Shown here in pieces: positions 8,405 through 18,533 of a stretch of DNA of 64,000 bases. Made by a program: the position numbers and the translations under genes. A model generated the notes under the pieces. It ran no database searches. It worked only from the letters and a program-made list of their open reading frames with translations, and was not told the DNA's origin. Source of the DNA: Candidatus Gottesmanbacteria bacterium (GTDB lineage Bacteria; Patescibacteriota; Microgenomatia; JAMCYU01); the NCBI GenBank assembly GCA_043801155.1, contig JAZDMI010000021.1, positions 194,683 to 258,682 on the forward strand, read 5' to 3'. Numbering within the stretch: the stretch's first letter is position 1; every line of letters begins with the position of its first letter.

Positions 8405-9322
8405 ATGGATGTCCCCATTTTAGAGGTCAAAAACCTCACTAAAAAGTTTGCTGGTTTTACTGCAGTTGACGATATTTCCTTTGAGATTAAGGAAGGGGAG
8501 ATACTGGGTTTATTGGGGCCGAACGGTGCTGGTAAAACAACCACGATCGATATTCTTTTAAGCTTAACAAAACCGACAAGCGGAGAAATTCGGATATTTA
8601 ACCTTGATTTTGTAAAGTACAGAGAAACGATTCTCAAAATGATGAATTTTTCGGCTGCTTATATCAGTTTGCCGGCAAGATTAAAGGTGTTTGAAAATTT
8701 ATATACCTTTGCCAGACTTTATGAAGTACCGAATTATAGAAACAAGGTTGACCAACTACTTACAGAATTTCAGCTGATTGGTTTAAAAAATAAAATAACC
8801 ATGGATTTATCATCGGGCCAATTAGCCAGACTTTGTATTTGTAAGGCTTTTATAAATAATCCCAGATTACTTCTCCTTGATGAACCGACTGTTTACCTAG
8901 ATCCTGATATTGCTGATTTCACCAGGAAATATATTACTAAAAAAGTAAAAGAGGAACGGATGACAGTCCTTTTTACTTCTCATAATATGGCCGAAGTGAC
9001 AGAGCTATGCGACAGGGTTATATTTTTAAATAAAGGAAAAATAATCGCCCAAGATACCCCGGAAATGCTGGCAAAAAAAATTAAGTCTTGTCGGGTAAGG
9101 CTCCTATTTGACAATACCAAAGATAAAGCCTTGACACTTCTTAAAAATTATTTATATAACTTTTGGGAAGACGGAAAGGAAATAATTATTGAACTTAATG
9201 AAGAAAATATCGGTCAACTCTTGGGTAGGTTGTCTTTAGCCAAAATAAAATATTATCAAATTACTATCGAAAAACCAACGCTAGAGGACTTTTTCTTAAA
9301 GATCTCGAGAGAGTTTGTATGA
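8405..9322 (+). CDS. ABC transporter ATP-binding protein (ABC-2 / TagH-Wzt-like exporter ATPase)
   Basis: Walker A GPNGAGKTT, signature LSSGQ, Walker B LLLDEPT, H-loop TSHNM. Confidence 0.85.
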   Translation: MDVPILEVKNLTKKFAGFTAVDDISFEIKEGEILGLLGPNGAGKTTTIDILLSLTKPTSGEIRIFNLDFVKYRETILKMMNFSAAYISLPARLKVFENLYTFARLYEVPNYRNKVDQLLTEFQLIGLKNKITMDLSSGQLARLCICKAFINNPRLLLLDEPTVYLDPDIADFTRKYITKKVKEERMTVLFTSHNMAEVTELCDRVIFLNKGKIIAQDTPEMLAKKIKSCRVRLLFDNTKDKALTLLKNYLYNFWEDGKEIIIELNEENIGQLLGRLSLAKIKYYQITIEKPTLEDFFLKISREFV

Positions 9323-10110
9323 ATTTAACCAGGGTATTTGCTATTGTAATTAGACATTTATATCTATGGCCAAGAACTATCGAAAGGATGATGGGTGCCT
9401 TTGGGTGGCCAATTTTTGATCTTATCATTTGGGGATTAGTAACAACCTATATAATGAAAAGTTCAAATCTGTCATTTTCTTTAACCGGTTTTATTTTAGG
9501 CGGATTAATTCTTTGGACTATTGTTTGGCGGGTGCAAAATGATATTTCGGTAAACTTCCTCGATGAGGCCTGGAATAAAAATCTAATAAATATTTTTTCA
9601 ACACCATTAACCCCCAAAGAGTTCTTATCGGCAATGATAATATTAAGTTTAATTAAGATTTCTATGACAACTCTAAGTATTACCGTTGGCGCGTATATTT
9701 TATATCGTTTTAATTTTTTGGCAACATTTGGTTTATATATTCCCGTGTTGTTTATAAATTTATTATTGTTTGGGTGGATATATGGATTCTTAGTTAATGG
9801 TTTAATACTCCGCTACGGATATATGGTGGCTGAATTAGCCTGGGCGTTAATTGCTCTTGTCCAACCATTCGCTTGTGTTTTCTATCCATTAGCCTCGTTA
9901 CCTTTATGGGCTCAAAAAATCGGATTAATGATTCCAGTAACATATGTGTTTGAGGAAATGCGTAATATTTTATTTACCGGAAATATAAATTGGAATAACC
10001 TGTTAATTAGTTTTATTTTAAATATGATATATCTTGTATTATCCCTATGGTATTTCAGGTCAATGTTTGAGAAAGCCAGAGAATTCGGGCGTTTAGTAAA
10101 ACTAAATTAA
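9319..10110 (+). CDS. ABC-2 type transporter permease (TagG/Wzm-like)
   Basis: 263 aa, 6 predicted TM helices, ATGA-coupled to the ATPase gene; typical ABC-2 architecture. Confidence 0.7.
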   Translation: MNLTRVFAIVIRHLYLWPRTIERMMGAFGWPIFDLIIWGLVTTYIMKSSNLSFSLTGFILGGLILWTIVWRVQNDISVNFLDEAWNKNLINIFSTPLTPKEFLSAMIILSLIKISMTTLSITVGAYILYRFNFLATFGLYIPVLFINLLLFGWIYGFLVNGLILRYGYMVAELAWALIALVQPFACVFYPLASLPLWAQKIGLMIPVTYVFEEMRNILFTGNINWNNLLISFILNMIYLVLSLWYFRSMFEKAREFGRLVKLN

Positions 10111-10111
10111 T

Positions 10112-10876
10112 ATGAACAATAATAAAATCTACGTTTCTGTAATTATTCCTTGTTACAACGAGGAACAAAATATTAAAACAGGTATTCTTGATAAGGTCTA
10201 TGCTTATCTTGAGAAACAGAATTATTCCTGGGATGTAAATATTGTTGATGATGGTTCAAGTGATAATAGCGTTCGTCTGGTCGAAAAATTTATTAGTGGC
10301 CATCCCAATTTTTCATTAATCAGAAATCCTCATCAAGGAAAAGCAGCTACCGTTATTTCGGGCATGCTTCAAGCAAAGGGGAAATATGTCCTTTTTAGTG
10401 ATTTTGATCAAGCTACGCCAATTGAGGAAATCGAGAAAGTTTTACCATGGTTTGATCAAGGTTTTGATATAATAATTGGCTCTCGAAGTAGTCACCGGAA
10501 AGGAGCACCGTTATCTAGATTAATTATTGCCAGAGGATTTATGTTACTTAGGCATTTAGTATTAGGTCTTGAAGGAATTTCTGATACTCAATGCGGTTTT
10601 AAGGCTTTTAAAAATGATGTCGCCAATAAGCTATTTGGTTTTTTAAGATTATACGGAGAGAAAAAAAGTGTATCTGGCCCGCTTGTTACTGCCGGTTTTG
10701 ACATTGAACTTCTTTTTTTAGCTAAAAAATTAGGTTTTAAAATTAAAGAAGTGCCAGTTGAATGGCATTATGTTGAGACCAGAAGGGTAAATCCGGTAAA
10801 AGATTCATGGTATGGTTTTTGGGATTTAATTTTGATTCGGTTAAATGAGATCCGTGGTCTTTATGATAAAAAATAG
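10112..10876 (+). CDS. GT2 glycosyltransferase (polyprenyl-phosphate sugar synthase-like)
   Basis: VSVIIPCYNEEQNI...IVDDGSSDNS, DFDQATP, GSRS motifs of Dpm1/CsbB-type GT2. Confidence 0.7.
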   Translation: MNNNKIYVSVIIPCYNEEQNIKTGILDKVYAYLEKQNYSWDVNIVDDGSSDNSVRLVEKFISGHPNFSLIRNPHQGKAATVISGMLQAKGKYVLFSDFDQATPIEEIEKVLPWFDQGFDIIIGSRSSHRKGAPLSRLIIARGFMLLRHLVLGLEGISDTQCGFKAFKNDVANKLFGFLRLYGEKKSVSGPLVTAGFDIELLFLAKKLGFKIKEVPVEWHYVETRRVNPVKDSWYGFWDLILIRLNEIRGLYDKK

Positions 10877-12044
10877 ATTCTTATTATTTGTTATATTCTA
10901 TATATTTACCATTATTAGCCTTTTCTTTTACTCTTTTACGCAAGTAGACCTTAACTTAACCTTATCCAAATCTTCCAAAATTCAGGAACTTGAAAAAGCA
11001 TTTATCCAAATTGGATATTTTAATCGACCACTCTCAACAACTATTTTTATTATCTTAATTATTTTACTTTTTATGGCTTATTTTATTATTCTTTCGCTGG
11101 TATATAAGAAAATAATCCCACGCCGTCATATTTGGATATTGATTATAGTAACAACAATATTACTATTATTTTCGTATCCGGCATTTTCTCATGATATCTT
11201 TAATTATATGTTCTGGGCGAGGATTTTTACCCATTATGGTCTTTCTCCATATCAATTTCGCGCGCTTGATTTTCCGGCTGATACCTGGACCCGCTTTATG
11301 CATTGGACCCATACCACATATAATCACGGACCTTTATATCTTATTATTAGTTTTATTCCCTCCTTTTTGGGATTAAATAAATTTGTTTTGACACTGATGA
11401 ATTTTAAACTATTGAACATTGGTGCTTATTTGGGGAGTATCTTTTTTATTAATAAAATTACCAAAAAGATCGATAATCAACATAATTTATTAGCGGTTAG
11501 TTTTTTTGCCTTTAATCCGGTGGTGATAATTGAATCTTTAGTTAGCGCCCACAATGATATCTTAATGCTTTTCCTTGCCTTAATATCGATATATTTTTTA
11601 ATCAGCAAAAAATATATTGCCTCATTTGTATTTTTAATATTATCCGCCGGGATTAAGTTTGTGACAATTATATTTGTGCCGCTGTATATATATTTTTTAC
11701 TTAAGAAAAAGGAAGATTTTAATATGCTTTTAAAATTAACGATTGTTTTTTATTTAATCGGTTTAATCCCGTTGATTTATCAGCGGGAACCATATCCATG
11801 GTATTTTATTCCGCTAATCGGGTTTGCCAGTCTTTCTTTTAAGGATTATTTTATAAGATTAATTTTTATTGGTTTATCTTGCGGATTGTTATTAAGGTAT
11901 GCCCCATATCTATTTTTTGGTGACTATAAGCCACCAGTTCCTCTGATAACCCTTTGGCTTACCATCGCTGCCCTAGTTATCTCTATACTAGTTTGGATCA
12001 TTAGCCAACTTCATACTTTTAAGATTTTCAAAGAGGAAACATGA
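10845..12044 (+). CDS. Polytopic membrane protein, putative GT-C glycosyltransferase ('family E' paralog 1); start may be the internal ATG at 10863
   Basis: Multi-TM. Motifs FSHDIFNYMFWARIF and SAHNDILMLFLALISIYFLISKK are mirrored in ORF 58835-59959 (FSNDIFNYMATARV, SSHNDIVMMFFVLFSLLLIKK). Confidence 0.5.
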   Translation: MRSVVFMIKNRFLLFVIFYIFTIISLFFYSFTQVDLNLTLSKSSKIQELEKAFIQIGYFNRPLSTTIFIILIILLFMAYFIILSLVYKKIIPRRHIWILIIVTTILLLFSYPAFSHDIFNYMFWARIFTHYGLSPYQFRALDFPADTWTRFMHWTHTTYNHGPLYLIISFIPSFLGLNKFVLTLMNFKLLNIGAYLGSIFFINKITKKIDNQHNLLAVSFFAFNPVVIIESLVSAHNDILMLFLALISIYFLISKKYIASFVFLILSAGIKFVTIIFVPLYIYFLLKKKEDFNMLLKLTIVFYLIGLIPLIYQREPYPWYFIPLIGFASLSFKDYFIRLIFIGLSCGLLLRYAPYLFFGDYKPPVPLITLWLTIAALVISILVWIISQLHTFKIFKEET

Positions 12045-13123
12045 GGTTAAGACTCGAACTGATATTGTTGGTAATTATCCTGCTTATTAATCTTAGTTTC
12101 CGAATTTATAATTTTAGAATCGAATATCTAACAAAATTTGATCCTGTTTATTGGCAAAACCGTTATCTTCAATCACAATGGGTTGATCCTCAATCAAAGA
12201 ATTCAATCGGTGATGATGGTCTCTATGCGTACGCCGGATGGGCATATATTACTGGTCACGATCCGACGACTCTTAACGCGGAAATGCCCCCATTGGGGAA
12301 ATATATAATCGGACTTTCTATTTTAATCTTCCACAATCAGAATATATATGCTCTGACTATCGGTCTTTTATGCTTACTTTTCTTTTATAAATTAAATTTT
12401 CTTATACTAAAGAATAAACTGTGGTCTCTTATCCCGGTAGTAGTTTTTTCTTTTGAACCGTTGTTTTATCAACAATTGAGAGCGCCCTATCTTGATACTT
12501 TATATCTTCTTTTGCTGATGTTAACTTTCTTTAGTTTTTTAAAAAAGAAATTTTTCTTAACAGGTCTATTTATAGGACTAATGGCCTTGACTAAAAACTC
12601 TGCCTCTACATTTTTACTTTTGGGATTAACTTTAGTCGGGTATTTATTTATTACGGAACGTGAACAAATAATCAAATTTATTTTAAATCTGCCGGTGGCA
12701 ATAATAATATTCATTCTGGGGTACAGCCGATATTTTATATTGGGGCACAATTTAAGGGAATTTTTAGGTGTGCAAAAATGGATACTGAATTTCTATAGCA
12801 TCGGAGCAAAGGGTAGCCTGGGCATGGTTATGCCGATGTTTTTTAATCATTGGCAAACATGGTGGAATGGCGTGATTAAGATTTCTGAATGGCAAATTAC
12901 TTGGCCGGTAACGTTGGTATTCAGTATTTTGTATATAGTATTTAGTATTTTTCGACATAAGTTTGACGCAAGTTTGTTAATAGTTATTTGGCTTATTATT
13001 TTTATTTCCTTTTTAAGTTTTATTCCTGTTTGGCCGAGATATTTCTTGCTGATTTTACCATTTACTTATCTACTAACAATTAATTTGGTCAAAGAAACAG
13101 TTAGTAATATAATAAGTAGATAG
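12041..13123 (+). CDS. PMT/GT39-like membrane glycosyltransferase (short form)
   Basis: Loop motif DDGLYAYAGWAYITGHDPTTLNAEMPPLGKYIIG resembles the PMT-family D-E ... hPPLgK signature. 360 aa, multi-TM. Confidence 0.45.
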   Translation: MRLRLELILLVIILLINLSFRIYNFRIEYLTKFDPVYWQNRYLQSQWVDPQSKNSIGDDGLYAYAGWAYITGHDPTTLNAEMPPLGKYIIGLSILIFHNQNIYALTIGLLCLLFFYKLNFLILKNKLWSLIPVVVFSFEPLFYQQLRAPYLDTLYLLLLMLTFFSFLKKKFFLTGLFIGLMALTKNSASTFLLLGLTLVGYLFITEREQIIKFILNLPVAIIIFILGYSRYFILGHNLREFLGVQKWILNFYSIGAKGSLGMVMPMFFNHWQTWWNGVIKISEWQITWPVTLVFSILYIVFSIFRHKFDASLLIVIWLIIFISFLSFIPVWPRYFLLILPFTYLLTINLVKETVSNIISR

Positions 13124-13138
13124 GTACAAATAAAAGTT

Positions 13139-14620
13139 ATGCTAAAAAACCTTAAAAAAATCGAAATTATTTCCATTATTGGCATTCTAATAGTCTATTT
13201 TATCTCACGACTAATAAGTATAAATAATTTTCCCATTTTTACTGATGAGGCAATCTATCTTCGTTGGGCGCAAATTGCTAAAAACGACGCTAACTGGCGT
13301 TTTATATCTTTAACAGATGGAAAACAGCCTCTCTTTATATGGTTAACGATGATAAGTATGAGATTTATAACCGATCCAATTATTGCCGGAAGGTTTGTCT
13401 CGGTTATCGTCGGTGCATTTACTATTATTGGTTTAATTCTTTTGGGTAAGATTATTTTTGAAAAATGGGGAGTAGGTATTATAGCTGGATTAATTTATAC
13501 GATTCTTCCTTTTGCTCTGGTATATGATCGAATGGCTTTGATGGACGGACTACTTGGATGTGCAATTATTTGGGCGTTATTATTTGAGATAATCCTTGTT
13601 AAAACACTTAGATTAGATATTGCTTTAATTACTGGTGGTATTGTTGGTTTTGGTCTGTTGACAAAAACATCAGCTTTATTTGCCTTATATTTATTACCGT
13701 TTTCGTTATTATTATTTGATTGGCGAAAGCCGAGACGATTAAGAAGATTAACTATCTGGGTAGGACTTGCATTGGTAGTAATTATTATTTCGCAAATGAT
13801 GTATAGCATCTTAAGGCTTTCACCTTTTTTTCATATTATCGGCCAAAAGGATCAAACATTTATTTACAGCATTTCGCAATGGTTAACACATCCATTCAAA
13901 AATATTATTGGTAACCTAAATGGATTAATTAATTGGTTTACAATTTATCTAACTAAACCGATCGTGATTACTTTATTAGTCAGCTTGTTATGGGGTAAGA
14001 AATTTATTAAAGAAAAACTGTTACTTCTATTATGGTTTATTATTCCTTTTATGGCTTTAGCTCTTTTTGGCTTTGTCCTTTATCCCCGTTTTATTTTCTT
14101 TATGGTTATTCCATTATTAGTTCTCATCGGCTATGTAATCAATAGGCTTTTTGGCATAAGAAAATTATATGGCATATTATTACTAGTTATTTTATTTATT
14201 ATGCCTTTAATAATTGATTTAACTCTATTGGTTAAACCAACCGAAGCACAAGTTCCCCGATCTGATTCGAATCAATATTTTAATGATTGGCCTTCAGGAT
14301 GGGGAATTGAAGAAAGCATTGCTTTTTTCAAAGAAAAATCCAAAAATAATAAGATAGCCATTTATACCGAAGGAACTTTTGGGTTGCTACCTGCTGCCAT
14401 TGAGCTTTATTTAGCTGATAATCCAAATATTTATATACGGGGTATTTGGCCAGTACCGAATAAACTTCCTAATGAAATCGTCAAGATGGTTAGCAACCGA
14501 CCTACATATATTATTTTTTTCCAGAATCCACCGCCACCAGCATGGTCACTTGAAAAGGTATTAGAAATTCAAAAAGGGAAAAGTAAACGATTTAATACCG
14601 TTTATCAAATCAAACCTTAA
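13139..14620 (+). CDS. ArnT/PMT-like (GT83/GT39) lipid-carrier-dependent membrane glycosyltransferase
   Basis: First-loop FTDEAIYLRWAQIA (DExxY motif of ArnT/PMT_2) followed by GKQPLFIWL. About 12 TM helices and a C-terminal soluble domain. Confidence 0.6.
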   Translation: MLKNLKKIEIISIIGILIVYFISRLISINNFPIFTDEAIYLRWAQIAKNDANWRFISLTDGKQPLFIWLTMISMRFITDPIIAGRFVSVIVGAFTIIGLILLGKIIFEKWGVGIIAGLIYTILPFALVYDRMALMDGLLGCAIIWALLFEIILVKTLRLDIALITGGIVGFGLLTKTSALFALYLLPFSLLLFDWRKPRRLRRLTIWVGLALVVIIISQMMYSILRLSPFFHIIGQKDQTFIYSISQWLTHPFKNIIGNLNGLINWFTIYLTKPIVITLLVSLLWGKKFIKEKLLLLLWFIIPFMALALFGFVLYPRFIFFMVIPLLVLIGYVINRLFGIRKLYGILLLVILFIMPLIIDLTLLVKPTEAQVPRSDSNQYFNDWPSGWGIEESIAFFKEKSKNNKIAIYTEGTFGLLPAAIELYLADNPNIYIRGIWPVPNKLPNEIVKMVSNRPTYIIFFQNPPPPAWSLEKVLEIQKGKSKRFNTVYQIKP

Positions 14621-14622
14621 AG

Positions 14623-16980
14623 ATGATTTCCTCCTTAAAAAAAAGATGGCCAATATTATTTTTTCTCGTTTTCTTATTAATTTTCTTTCGTAAAACATTT
14701 TTTGCCGGGCTATTACCAATTCCATCTGACCTACTAGTCTCATGGTTTTTTCCTTATTCCTCAGGGGGGTTTATTGATTACAATTCCTGGACTACCCATA
14801 AAGGCTTAGTGGCCGACGATGCCGTGCGTCAACAATATCCATGGAAAACATTTAGTGCCAAGCAGTGGGAAAATGGCAATGCGCCGCTTTGGAATCCTTA
14901 TGCTTTTTCAGGTTACCCGCAGTTAGCGAATCTACAAACGGGAGCCTTTTATCCTCTAAATTTTTTATTTATTCTAATCGATCCAAAGATAGCCTGGACA
15001 ATACTAATTATGGCTCAACCACTATTGTCGTTTATTTTTATGTATCTTTTCTTGAAAACACTGCGTCTTTCTCAAATAAGTGCTGCCTTTGGCAGTCTTA
15101 TCTTTATAGGAATGACATTTGAAATGCTCTGGTTAGAACAAATGATAATTGGACATACGACTTTATGGTTACCTTTAGTTTTATTATGTATTCAAAAAGC
15201 ATCAGAGGGAAAAAAGAAATGGGCGGTTTTAGGAATCGTTGCCTTAACCATGTCTATTTTGGCTGGTTATGCCCAAACATCATTATATGTCGTTCTGATA
15301 GCCTTATCATATTTTATTTATAAATTATTTTACGTTAATAATAAAAAAGAATTTATTACTATTGGAATAGTGCTGTTTGTATTCCCACTTTTATTATCGG
15401 CAATACAATTATTACCGGTTTTTGAAATTTATAATTTTTCTGCCCGAGAGGGAGAAGCATCCCAAGCCTTATTTGGTAAATTTTTAGCTACCCCAAGACA
15501 ATTATTAACTCTATTTTCATCAGATATCTTTGGTAACGTTGCTACAAAAAATTTCTGGGGCGATCAATATACTGATTTTAACCTTTTTTTTGGCATAATA
15601 GCGTTATTAGTAATAGTGACCGGTATCAGAACAATGATAATTAGTAGATTCAATCTACGAGAATGCAAATTGTTTATTATTTTAGGATTGGTTGGTTTAG
15701 CCCTAGCGATTCCGCCGCTTGGTTTTCTTCCTCTTATTTTAAATATTCCGATACTTTCCACCGGAGTTCCGGCAAGATTTATCTTTATTTTTCAATTCTG
15801 TGCCTGTATTGTTGCAGCCTTTTGTTTTGATTGGATAATAAAGGAAAAATTAAATCGATTTTCGATTAAACCCGCGACTCTAATTTTTATTTTTATTATC
15901 TTATTATCCTTGAATTTCTTCTTTTTAGCTCGTGTTACTCCAAACATAGCCAATAAAACAAATTATCTTGTTAGTCTTCGTAATTTAGTTTTAACTATCG
16001 GTATTGCAGGTTCTGGTTTATTGGGATTATATAGTTTACGGTTTTCAAAGATAAGATATGCCGGAATGATATTTATCATCATATTGGCTGCACTAGAATA
16101 CCTCTATTTGGGAAATAAATACTTGCCATTTGCTAAAAAAGAATATTTATTTCCTGATCATGTACTTTTAACTTTTTTAAAAGAGCAACCGGGAATAGAC
16201 CGATTTTGGGGAGAAGGATCAGCAAAAATTGGCACAAATATACCTACCTACTATGGACTTTATTATCCCGAAGGTTACGATTCTCTATATATTAAGCGTT
16301 ATGGAGAGCTAGTAAATGCTGCATATGATGGTCAAATTACCAAAAAAATTCCCCGAAGTGATGTTAATATTAATGAAAAGTCTTTATATAAAGAAAGATT
16401 ACTTGACATACTAGGAGTAAAATTCATCTTAGACAAAAATGATATACCTAAATCGGAGTTTGAACCAGAAGACTGGAAGTTTACTCCGGATCGTTATAAA
16501 TTAATTTGGCAGCGTGAGAAATTTAAAGTTTATGAAAATCTTTATTCTTGGCCAAGGATCTATTTTGCCCAAGATATTATCGTTAAGGATAATGATCAGG
16601 AGATAATTAATGAAATTTATAAAAGTAAGGGAAAAAATATTGCCGTAATAGAAAAACCATTAGAGGAAAATTTTAAACCCGATAATCTGGGTAAAATAAA
16701 CCTACTCAAATATTCTCCAAATAAAATTATTATAAATAGCCAATCTCAGGAGCAAGGATTTTTAGTCATATCTGATAATTACTTTCCCGGGTGGGAAGCC
16801 TATATCGATAATCAAAAGACAACTATTTATCGGACAAATTATACTTTTCGTGGTATCAGTGTTCCTGCCGGAGATCATCAAATCATATTTTCTTATAATC
16901 CATTTTCTTTTCGTTTGGGATTTGTTATTTCATTAATTAGCTTATTTGGGATTATAGCAATTTACTTTATCGTCTTATGA
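14623..16980 (+). CDS. YfhO-family membrane glycosyltransferase (GT-C)
   Basis: 785 aa. N-terminal YfhO signature YPWKTF...NGNAPLWNPYAFSGYPQLANLQTGAFYPLNFLF. C-terminal YFPGWEAYIDNQKTTIY...AGDHQIIFSYNP module. Confidence 0.75.
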   Translation: MISSLKKRWPILFFLVFLLIFFRKTFFAGLLPIPSDLLVSWFFPYSSGGFIDYNSWTTHKGLVADDAVRQQYPWKTFSAKQWENGNAPLWNPYAFSGYPQLANLQTGAFYPLNFLFILIDPKIAWTILIMAQPLLSFIFMYLFLKTLRLSQISAAFGSLIFIGMTFEMLWLEQMIIGHTTLWLPLVLLCIQKASEGKKKWAVLGIVALTMSILAGYAQTSLYVVLIALSYFIYKLFYVNNKKEFITIGIVLFVFPLLLSAIQLLPVFEIYNFSAREGEASQALFGKFLATPRQLLTLFSSDIFGNVATKNFWGDQYTDFNLFFGIIALLVIVTGIRTMIISRFNLRECKLFIILGLVGLALAIPPLGFLPLILNIPILSTGVPARFIFIFQFCACIVAAFCFDWIIKEKLNRFSIKPATLIFIFIILLSLNFFFLARVTPNIANKTNYLVSLRNLVLTIGIAGSGLLGLYSLRFSKIRYAGMIFIIILAALEYLYLGNKYLPFAKKEYLFPDHVLLTFLKEQPGIDRFWGEGSAKIGTNIPTYYGLYYPEGYDSLYIKRYGELVNAAYDGQITKKIPRSDVNINEKSLYKERLLDILGVKFILDKNDIPKSEFEPEDWKFTPDRYKLIWQREKFKVYENLYSWPRIYFAQDIIVKDNDQEIINEIYKSKGKNIAVIEKPLEENFKPDNLGKINLLKYSPNKIIINSQSQEQGFLVISDNYFPGWEAYIDNQKTTIYRTNYTFRGISVPAGDHQIIFSYNPFSFRLGFVISLISLFGIIAIYFIVL

Positions 16981-18533
16981 AAAAAGAAATCCTATTTGTA
17001 CGTCTTCGTCAATTATTTTGGCCAATGTTATTCTTAATGTTATTTCTTATACCAATTATTTATCCCTTGTTTAAACAGGGAATGTTTATAAGCGACGATG
17101 GCGAATGGATGATTATCAGATTTTCTGCATTTCATCAGGCACTTCGTGAAGGTCAATTTCCGGTCCGCTGGTTAGGACGATTATGTTATGAATATGGTTA
17201 TCCGGTAGCTAATTTCCTATATCCTGGATTTATGTATCTAGCGGAAATACCAAAAATATTAGGTTTTAGTTTTATCAATTCAATTAAAATTATCTTAGGA
17301 TTTTCATTAATATCGTCTGCAGTATTTTCGTATTTATGGTTAAATAAATTCTTTACCCGAAAGACTGCCTTTCTTGGCGCCTTATTTTATCTTTATGCTC
17401 CTTACCATCTATGGGATGTCTATAAAAGAGGTTCGGTCGGAGAAGTTTTGGCCCTAGCAGTTGTTCCTTTTATTTTATGGGCCCTGGAGAAAAAAAGACT
17501 CTTTATATTTTCTTTAGGGATGGCTATACTTATTGTTTCCCATAACACACTAGCTCTATTATTTCTACCCCTAATTATAATTTATGCTTTTTTTAAAAAA
17601 ACCTTTTCTACCTACTTCTTGCTGTTTGCTACTGTTTTAGGCCTTGGTCTGGCGGCCTTTTTTTGGATTCCCGCGCTATATGATTTACAGTATACTCGTT
17701 TTAGCGATACTCAAGTATCAAATTTTAGCCATTTTTTTTCTAGTCTAGAATTATTAGGATGGCCGACAATAATTATTTTAGTAATAAGCGGATTAACTCT
17801 ACTTCCTTTCAAATATATTTATCATGATAATATCTTCTGGCTTTTCTGGTTAACCGGAATTAGTACCGCGTTCTTAGCTTTACCGCAAAGTTATATTATT
17901 TGGCAATACATACCAACCAATTTTATTCAGTTTCCTTTCCGGTTTTTGTCGATAACTATTATTTGTGGTGCATATTTAATCGGTTGGATAGTTGATCGAA
18001 TATTTATTAATAAACAAAGGCTTATGATTTCTCTTCTGGGAATAATATTATTAATCTATGCCTTTCCCTACTTAAGACCACCGGATTTTGTAAATAAAGG
18101 AGATATATTTTATACCACTAATGAAGATACGACGACAGTTCAAAGCGAGTATCTTCCTCTATGGGTAAAATCTAAGCCAAGTGAACGACCACAGACACTA
18201 TTTGAAATAAATAAAGGCCGAGGGAAAATTGACTATCAATACGCAAATTCACGTCAAATAAAACTTATTTATAATGCCCTGATTCCAATTCAGGTAAAAA
18301 TCAACCGTTTTTATTTTCCCGGATGGTACGCCACTATTGACGGTCAAAAGACAGCAATTTCTTTTGACAACCCGCAAGGTATAATGATAGTATCATCGCC
18401 AGCCGGCAAGCACTCAATGGAAATTGTCTGGAGAGAAACACCGATACGGAAATTAAGTAATTTAATCAGCCTATTAAGCGTGGGTATTTTGATAATTTGG
18501 TTTTTACAAAAGCACTTATCACCTAATGATTAA
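16977..18533 (+). CDS. 'Family B' polytopic membrane protein: distinct N-terminal domain plus YfhO-type C-terminal module (putative GT-C glycosyltransferase)
   Basis: N-terminal DDGEWMIIRFSAFHQALREGQFPVRWLGRLCYEYGYPVANFLYPGF. C-terminal FYFPGWYATIDGQKTAI...PAGKHSMEIVW. Shares FWIPA and FPFRF internal motifs with the other family B members. Confidence 0.55.
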   Translation: MKKEILFVRLRQLFWPMLFLMLFLIPIIYPLFKQGMFISDDGEWMIIRFSAFHQALREGQFPVRWLGRLCYEYGYPVANFLYPGFMYLAEIPKILGFSFINSIKIILGFSLISSAVFSYLWLNKFFTRKTAFLGALFYLYAPYHLWDVYKRGSVGEVLALAVVPFILWALEKKRLFIFSLGMAILIVSHNTLALLFLPLIIIYAFFKKTFSTYFLLFATVLGLGLAAFFWIPALYDLQYTRFSDTQVSNFSHFFSSLELLGWPTIIILVISGLTLLPFKYIYHDNIFWLFWLTGISTAFLALPQSYIIWQYIPTNFIQFPFRFLSITIICGAYLIGWIVDRIFINKQRLMISLLGIILLIYAFPYLRPPDFVNKGDIFYTTNEDTTTVQSEYLPLWVKSKPSERPQTLFEINKGRGKIDYQYANSRQIKLIYNALIPIQVKINRFYFPGWYATIDGQKTAISFDNPQGIMIVSSPAGKHSMEIVWRETPIRKLSNLISLLSVGILIIWFLQKHLSPND

